This document shows, one piece after another, positions 57,178-64,000 of a stretch of DNA of 64,000 bases (position 1 is the stretch's first letter; the number at the start of each line of letters is the position of its first letter). This DNA comes from Octopus vulgaris. Taxonomy: Eukaryota. The DNA lies in the NCBI GenBank assembly GCA_951406725.2, contig OX597821.1, positions 4,526,001-4,590,000 on the forward strand, in the 5' to 3' direction. A program made the position numbers and the translations under genes. The notes under the pieces were generated by a model. It worked only from the letters and a program-made list of their open reading frames with translations. It was not told the origin of the DNA and made no database searches.

Positions 57178-58420
57178 ATATCCGGCTGAGTAAAAAGCAA
57201 GCAACGTTTTGAAACATGAAATTCATCACAGTATATTTCAACAATGCAGAAATTTTATTCATGAAAATAAGTACCTTTACAATCAACACACATTTGTCAA
57301 CAAGTTACAATTTTGTTTATTCCGGTAACATAAAAATATGGAGTTCTGAAGCTGATGAAATTCTTCGAAGTCACTTTGAGAATCAGTTTGATTTTTGAAT
57401 TCCTTATCAAGCGATACTTTGTAGGGGAAAGGTCTGGGGAATACGCTAGATGGGGTAGAACTGCGGAGCGAAGTTCCCTCAAATTTTGGAGCGTCATTAG
57501 TGTGTTCGAACTTTGTCATGAAGAATGACTGTCCCTCTTCTGTTGACCAGTCTGGGACGGATAAGTAGCAGTATTTCGTTCATTTTAGCAATACCATGGC
57601 CGTATGTTTCTGCAGTGATGGTTTTTCCGGGTTTTAAGAAGTTTAAGTGGATGATTCTTGCAGTACACCACCAAACAGTCACCGTAACCTTCTGTTTGAT
57701 GGACTCGCGTTTAGGAAAGGTTTCGGTGCTTTATTTTGGTTAAACCCACTGCGAAGAACGTTTTATATTATCGCAATTTACAATACGATCATGAAATGGA
57801 TCGGTCTGGTAACGGAGAAGAGCGACAAGCAGATTTCATATCAGCGCACCTTCTGATTTTCATTGAAATCGAGTTGTACATATTTGTCGAGCTTTTTTGA
57901 TTTTTCGATCGCATACAAATGGTTGCAGGCAACTTTCTTGCTAACTTGGTCTTATTTTGCCAATTGTGGAGTGGTTTTACGTGGATCTTTCTCAATGACG
58001 GTCTTTAATTGACCGTCATCGATGAGAGGAACGCGTGCACTAAACTCACAATCTTCAAGTCTCAGGTATCTATTGCCAAGTCGTTGAAATCAGTTTCGAA
58101 CTGACCACTCACTTGTCATTTCCTCAGAAACGTTTCGGTGATATCGCGAGCAGTTTCAGCTGCTTTACGTCCTTTTTTGAAGTTGAACAGCAAAATTGCT
58201 CGAATATCGCGCTTTGGCAGTTCCATTTGATATCATTATAACAACAGTGAAAAAAATCACTATTATTTTATTGATACATTTGGGAAGGTCTATATTATGG
58301 TCTGTATAATCAGACAATTGCACAAAAACAACATATTTTTAAATATTCAAAACTCTGCAAAAATCTGGTACAAATTCTTCGTGATTCAAAACGTTACTTA
58401 CCTTGTACTCAACCTCATAT
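57178..58420 (-). mobile_element. Second full-length mariner relic, older and of a different family
   Basis: Imperfect TIRs ATATCCGGCTGAGTAAAAAGCAAGCAACGTTTTGAA and TTCAAAACGTTACTTACCTTGTACTCAACCTCATAT. Motifs VTVWWC..IIHLNFLKPGKTITAETY, ILHDKVRTH, LPHLAYSPDLSPT. ATG near 58226. Confidence 0.92.
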
Positions 58421-59665
58421 ATTCAGGAACGCAATGAAAATTTAATATACATCACACAAACAAACTTAACAGAACGCAGTTAATTAAACACGATAATGTG
58501 AGGTTTGTATATAAAATTATAACAATTTAATTTCATAATACTTCGATATACTAATGCCTAACTGTGCACTGACGAACTATGAATATATTTCAAACACACA
58601 ATACACCCATTGGCTTCGTTCCCAACATGTGCAATGCTAAGTCCGCTTTCGAATATATTTTATTTCTAAATAAAACCGAGTAAAAATTAATCCCATTATA
58701 GGATGTATTATTACTCAAAGTCTTGTAGATTTGGTGACAGTCTAATGCATACCACAATATCGGTAGCTATTGTCAATAATGTATCAAAGAAAGAAAATCT
58801 TCATTCCCGACTCTACTTGTACTCTTTCGTCCCTACAAAGAGGAATGAAATTCAAGCTTTCAAACTTTATCATAAAGATGTATGTGTTGAAACGCAAAAG
58901 AAAAAGGAATTATAGAAATATATAGAAATATAGAAATATTTGGAATAAACCTTCAGTGCTCAAATGGAAGCAAACTGAAATTATTAACTAATGTCAACAA
59001 AGTAGATGATGCCATCCATGAAGACAGATATTTATGTACTTGCAATTAGGACGCAAAGGAATCTGACACACGGAAATGTCTAATATATAGTTAACTCCCT
59101 TTGAGTAACAAATAATTGACAGCTAACACAAGGGAGGTAATAAAACCTATTTTCAGGTAGGCAGCGTCAAGGTTTACTATTCAGTCATGCGATATTCTCT
59201 ATCGGAAGAAACATGGATATCTCAACACCTCTTTAGCTTATAGTAAGTGTATACGTTTCATTAGAGAACACTGCCGACGTTTCATAGTTTATCAAATCGA
59301 CGTGGAATTTTTGTAGTAGGAGAAACAAGTCAACAACCAAATAAATGCTTCATTGAATTTATAAATTATTATACATAAGAGAGGAGCTGAAAAGAAAATA
59401 CAAGAAGACAAGCTGATTATAATTTTTTAAACATATTTGCCTCTCAGCTTCATATACTTATTGCAGCTGTCTTTCACTTTTTGTAAAAGAACTCGGAAGA
59501 TTGGGCCTACAACAAGCTTGGAATGTTTTCAATACATCCTTGCATGTGTGTCTTTGTGTGTGTGTGCTTGTGTGCATTTGCGTGTCTATTTTTATGTGTG
59601 TGTGTATTGTGGTGGGTACATACAAGTAGGCTGAGAGAAATCTTATTAATAATATGACAAACCTT

Positions 59666-59980
59666 AAGGGCACTCCGTCGGTTACGAAGACGAGGTTCCC
59701 AGCAGATACGATCAACGGAATAGATTGCTCGTAAAATTAACGTGCAAGTGACTGAGCAATCCAAAGGCGCGTGTGCCCCTAACTTAGTTCTCAGGGAGAT
59801 TTAGCGTGACATACAGTGTGACAAGGTGGGCTCTTTGAAACACAGGTACAACTCATTTTCGCTAGCTGAGTGGACTGGAGCAATGTGAAATAAAGTGTCT
59901 TGCTCAAGGACACAACGCCTCGCCGGGAATTGAACACACAACCTTACAATCGTGCCATAACAACTAAACCAAACGCCTCC
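59666..59980 (-). mobile_element. tRNA-derived SINE related to 17493-17795
   Basis: Shares GCTGAGTG.ACTGGAGCAA.GTGAAATAAAGTG.CTTGCTCAAG.ACACAAC; B-box-like GTTCAATTCCC on the minus strand; different 3' half. Confidence 0.85.
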
Positions 59981-60297
59981 ACAATAAAAGATGTATAAAC
60001 AGTGTAAATAGCACAAACTTATTCGAAGGCAGCTTTCAAGCGCCTTCACCATTTTCAGATGTTCAAACACACGTAATAGTTACAAGATTGAAAACAGCGA
60101 AACTTCTGAGATATATACCTTCCAAAAGGTTTGTTTCTCTCGATCGGGTTGTGTTTAAAATTGTATTTATATTATTAATAATTTCCAATTTCAAAACTTT
60201 TAATAAAATGTAATAATATGAATAAGTCTTTCTCAAACTTTAATATATACACATTCCTATGTATGCATATATATGCAAATATATATATGCAAATATA

Positions 60298-60339
<42 letters not shown>

Positions 60340-60722
60340 CATATATATATATACATATTTATATACGTACATGCATATATATATATGTATACATGTATAC
60401 ATACTTATATACATACATAGTTACATACATACATACATATATACATACATAAATACATAATTGTCAAAACTATAAACATGTTATTATCAGAAAGAATTAA
60501 TATTCTGGTAATTATCCAATTCAATATCATGTACTATTGTTAAACGATGTTTAACAGTAAGTATGCACGCTGTGAAAATCAATTTACTATTATTTACATT
60601 ACATAAGTTTTAATTTGGATACGGTACTCACTTTTTCAACTTCACGTCTACACTGAAATCTTTGTATTCATACACAAGTACATACGAACACATACATGTA
60701 TATACATATATGTATTTAGGCA

Positions 60723-60775
<53 letters not shown>

Positions 60776-60795
60776 TAAATATATATCTGTTTTGT

Positions 60796-60845
<50 letters not shown>

Positions 60846-61119
60846 ACGTCGTCAAAGAATAAACAACAATTGAATTCCTTTTTAAAAAATAATCACATAT
60901 TTTATATTTTTTTATCGCTCTTTCCCGCTGATAGTATAAACTGTATCAATTATGAAGCATCAAAGCAACCTATTAATGATATTCAAAAATAAGTATCGAT
61001 ATATGCAACACTCAGATAAAACAGTCACACATGCATATACACAGAGAGATATATAGCCATGCACAAATATGAACTGTGTCTCATACACACACACGCACAT
61101 ACAACGACACACATCTATG

Positions 61120-61165
<46 letters not shown>

Positions 61166-61317
61166 TGTGTGTAAGAGTATATGTTCGTGTGCGGTGCGCA
61201 ATTTGGGATATATACGCTTACAAACAGAAATGCAATATCACTCATATATACGTATATAAATGTGTGCATGTCTGTCCGTGTCTGTGTATGTATGCGCCTA
61301 TATATATACATACAGAT

Positions 61318-61368
<51 letters not shown>

Positions 61369-61504
61369 TATACGTATGTATAAATAAGCACGGTGTGTGA
61401 GTGTGTGTATTGACAAACCCATTTATATATAAATATATATATATATATATGCAGACACATACACATACAAAACCTGTATGAAACATGTATGCATGTGTGT
61501 GTAC

Positions 61505-61546
<42 letters not shown>

Positions 61547-61859
61547 AGAGAGAGATATAGGGAGATAGAGAGATAGATAGGTAGATAGGGAGATCGATTT
61601 GCAGATAGATAGATAGATATATATAATAAACTTATGTATGCATACATGCATATAAACATGCGAGTATACATCGATCTATACATACATATATATGTGGCAT
61701 TCAAGTAAAAAAAGAAAAGAAAGGAACAATAAAGTGAAAACCAAAAATAAAAAAAGGAAGACAACATCAAAAAGAAAGAGAGAAACAGGCAACAAGAAAT
61801 AGAATTTCAACGAATTTTAATAACAATCTAATGTTAAAACTTTCAAGAAATTTCATCAC

Positions 61860-62500
<641 letters not shown>

Positions 62501-62927
62501 AATTACTGATGTATTCCTGCTCATGGTGTTGATGATGAAGATGGGGAAGAATAGGGAAGTAGAGAATGGGGAAGTAGAGGGCAATAATGTTAATGCCGAT
62601 GAGAGTGATGTGGAGGATGTTAATGGTGGCTCAGGTGGCGATGGCGATCATTATTTACCAAATAGATGCACGTAATTAATGGACAAGTAAGGAGATATGT
62701 AATTGGCAAATATTAGAAAATTTTCTGTATAATTATGATTAGATATAATGACAGTTGTGATGCAACGCCTATCAAAGTCTTGTTGCATGTGACGGTATAA
62801 TTACAGAAATTCGATTGGCGCTAAGTCCATTTGTTATTATTATTATTATTATTATTGTTATTATTATTATTATTATTATTAATAATAATAATAGTAATAA
62901 TAATAATAATAATAACTATTTAAGCGT

Positions 62928-62970
<43 letters not shown>

Positions 62971-63700
62971 CTATCTTTGTGTGCACATGCGTGGGTGCAT
63001 TATTAATGAACGAAGAAATATACTTCAAATATTAAGAACTTGTCATCAAACTTTTTGAAGACAAATTGCCCTTGTTACAGTGGGTTCCTCTTTGGCTAAG
63101 CCTTACGGCAGAGTTTTTCGTACTCTTTCCTTTAAATCTGGATTGCCCTAGCAGATCAGCGATCAAATTTGGCCCTCGTCATGACAATGTTTTGCTTAGT
63201 TTTATTCTATCTTATTTGAGGTGTAAAATATACGTGCGCAGTCTGGTGGTTATGATGTTGTCCTCAATAAATTGTAATTACGGTTTCGGTTCCCGGTGCC
63301 TTATTTTCTTGATCAAAACTCTTCACTACATGTTCCTCGAGTTCTATATCATCTGTAAGTGAATATCTGCAGTTGCTTTCAGATTAAACCTGCGACGGTT
63401 TTGCGTTCCGTTTGCAACAGTGAGTGTTGTAGTCTCAGTCAATGTTATGCCACGGAAACCGCGGGAATCTCCAGCCTTATGGCACCCTATCACATGACGG
63501 ACCTGAGTAAATTCCAGATGTATTGATTGTTACTCGTATAGAGCAGTTAAAATATTGGATGAAGTGCTTTGCAATATTTGTTCTGTTAGTTTACGTACTA
63601 ACTGCATATTACGCCGAGATATTCGTGGAATTTCACATCTCTGAGAGCAAATATACGACCTACCTGTGAAATGTACATTATTTACCTTTTTTATGCCCGT

Positions 63701-63776
63701 GGGCATATGGTGTGGTGGTTAAGAGGGCGGGCTACTAATCCCACGATTCCATGTTCGATGCTAGGCAGTAACCGGG

Positions 63777-63833
<57 letters not shown>

Positions 63834-63975
63834 TCGAAAAATACCTTATGTTAGAAATATCCCCAAGACACATGATGAAGGCTGGAGGGTATGTCAGCCG
63901 AAACAAAATAAGGACAAATATCCGTCAAATGTAAATAATGTACATAATTTCTCATCTCTTAAAATATAGAACTAT
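63701..63975 (+). mobile_element. tRNA-headed SINE-like element with internal (AAT)n and a hammerhead-like 3' module
   Basis: A box TGGTGTGGTGG (63708), B-box-like GTTCGATGCT (63753), (AAT)n, then acac-ATGATGA-aggctg..cagcc-GAAAC (63868-63904). Confidence 0.7.
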
Positions 63976-64000
63976 ATTACATGTGAAATATTTTTGTTAT

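Overview
A 64 kb AT-rich eukaryotic region dense in microsatellites: (TA)n, (CA)n, (GATA)n, (ATG)n and (ATT)n. The repeat landscape resembles octopus/cephalopod DNA (inference, not tested). I can support no intact host gene; nearly all listed ORFs are microsatellite translations. The window is mostly decayed transposons: a Gypsy integrase with a probable 3' LTR, a near-complete Neptune-type Penelope-like element (PLE) plus two further GIY-YIG relics, two full-length mariner relics, L1/Tx1 RT and ORF1 relics, two restriction-like-endonuclease (R4/R2-group) LINE fragments, a 5'-inverted RTE LINE and many tRNA-derived SINEs. The most interesting signal is non-coding. Several unrelated short cassettes, mostly (TA)n-flanked, carry PLE-type hammerhead ribozyme motifs: one has an intact core, two sit at the centre of fold-back palindromes, and one lies in the tail of a tRNA-headed SINE. 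Together they suggest non-autonomous, ribozyme-bearing elements mobilised by PLEs. All motif calls were made by eye and coordinates are approximate.
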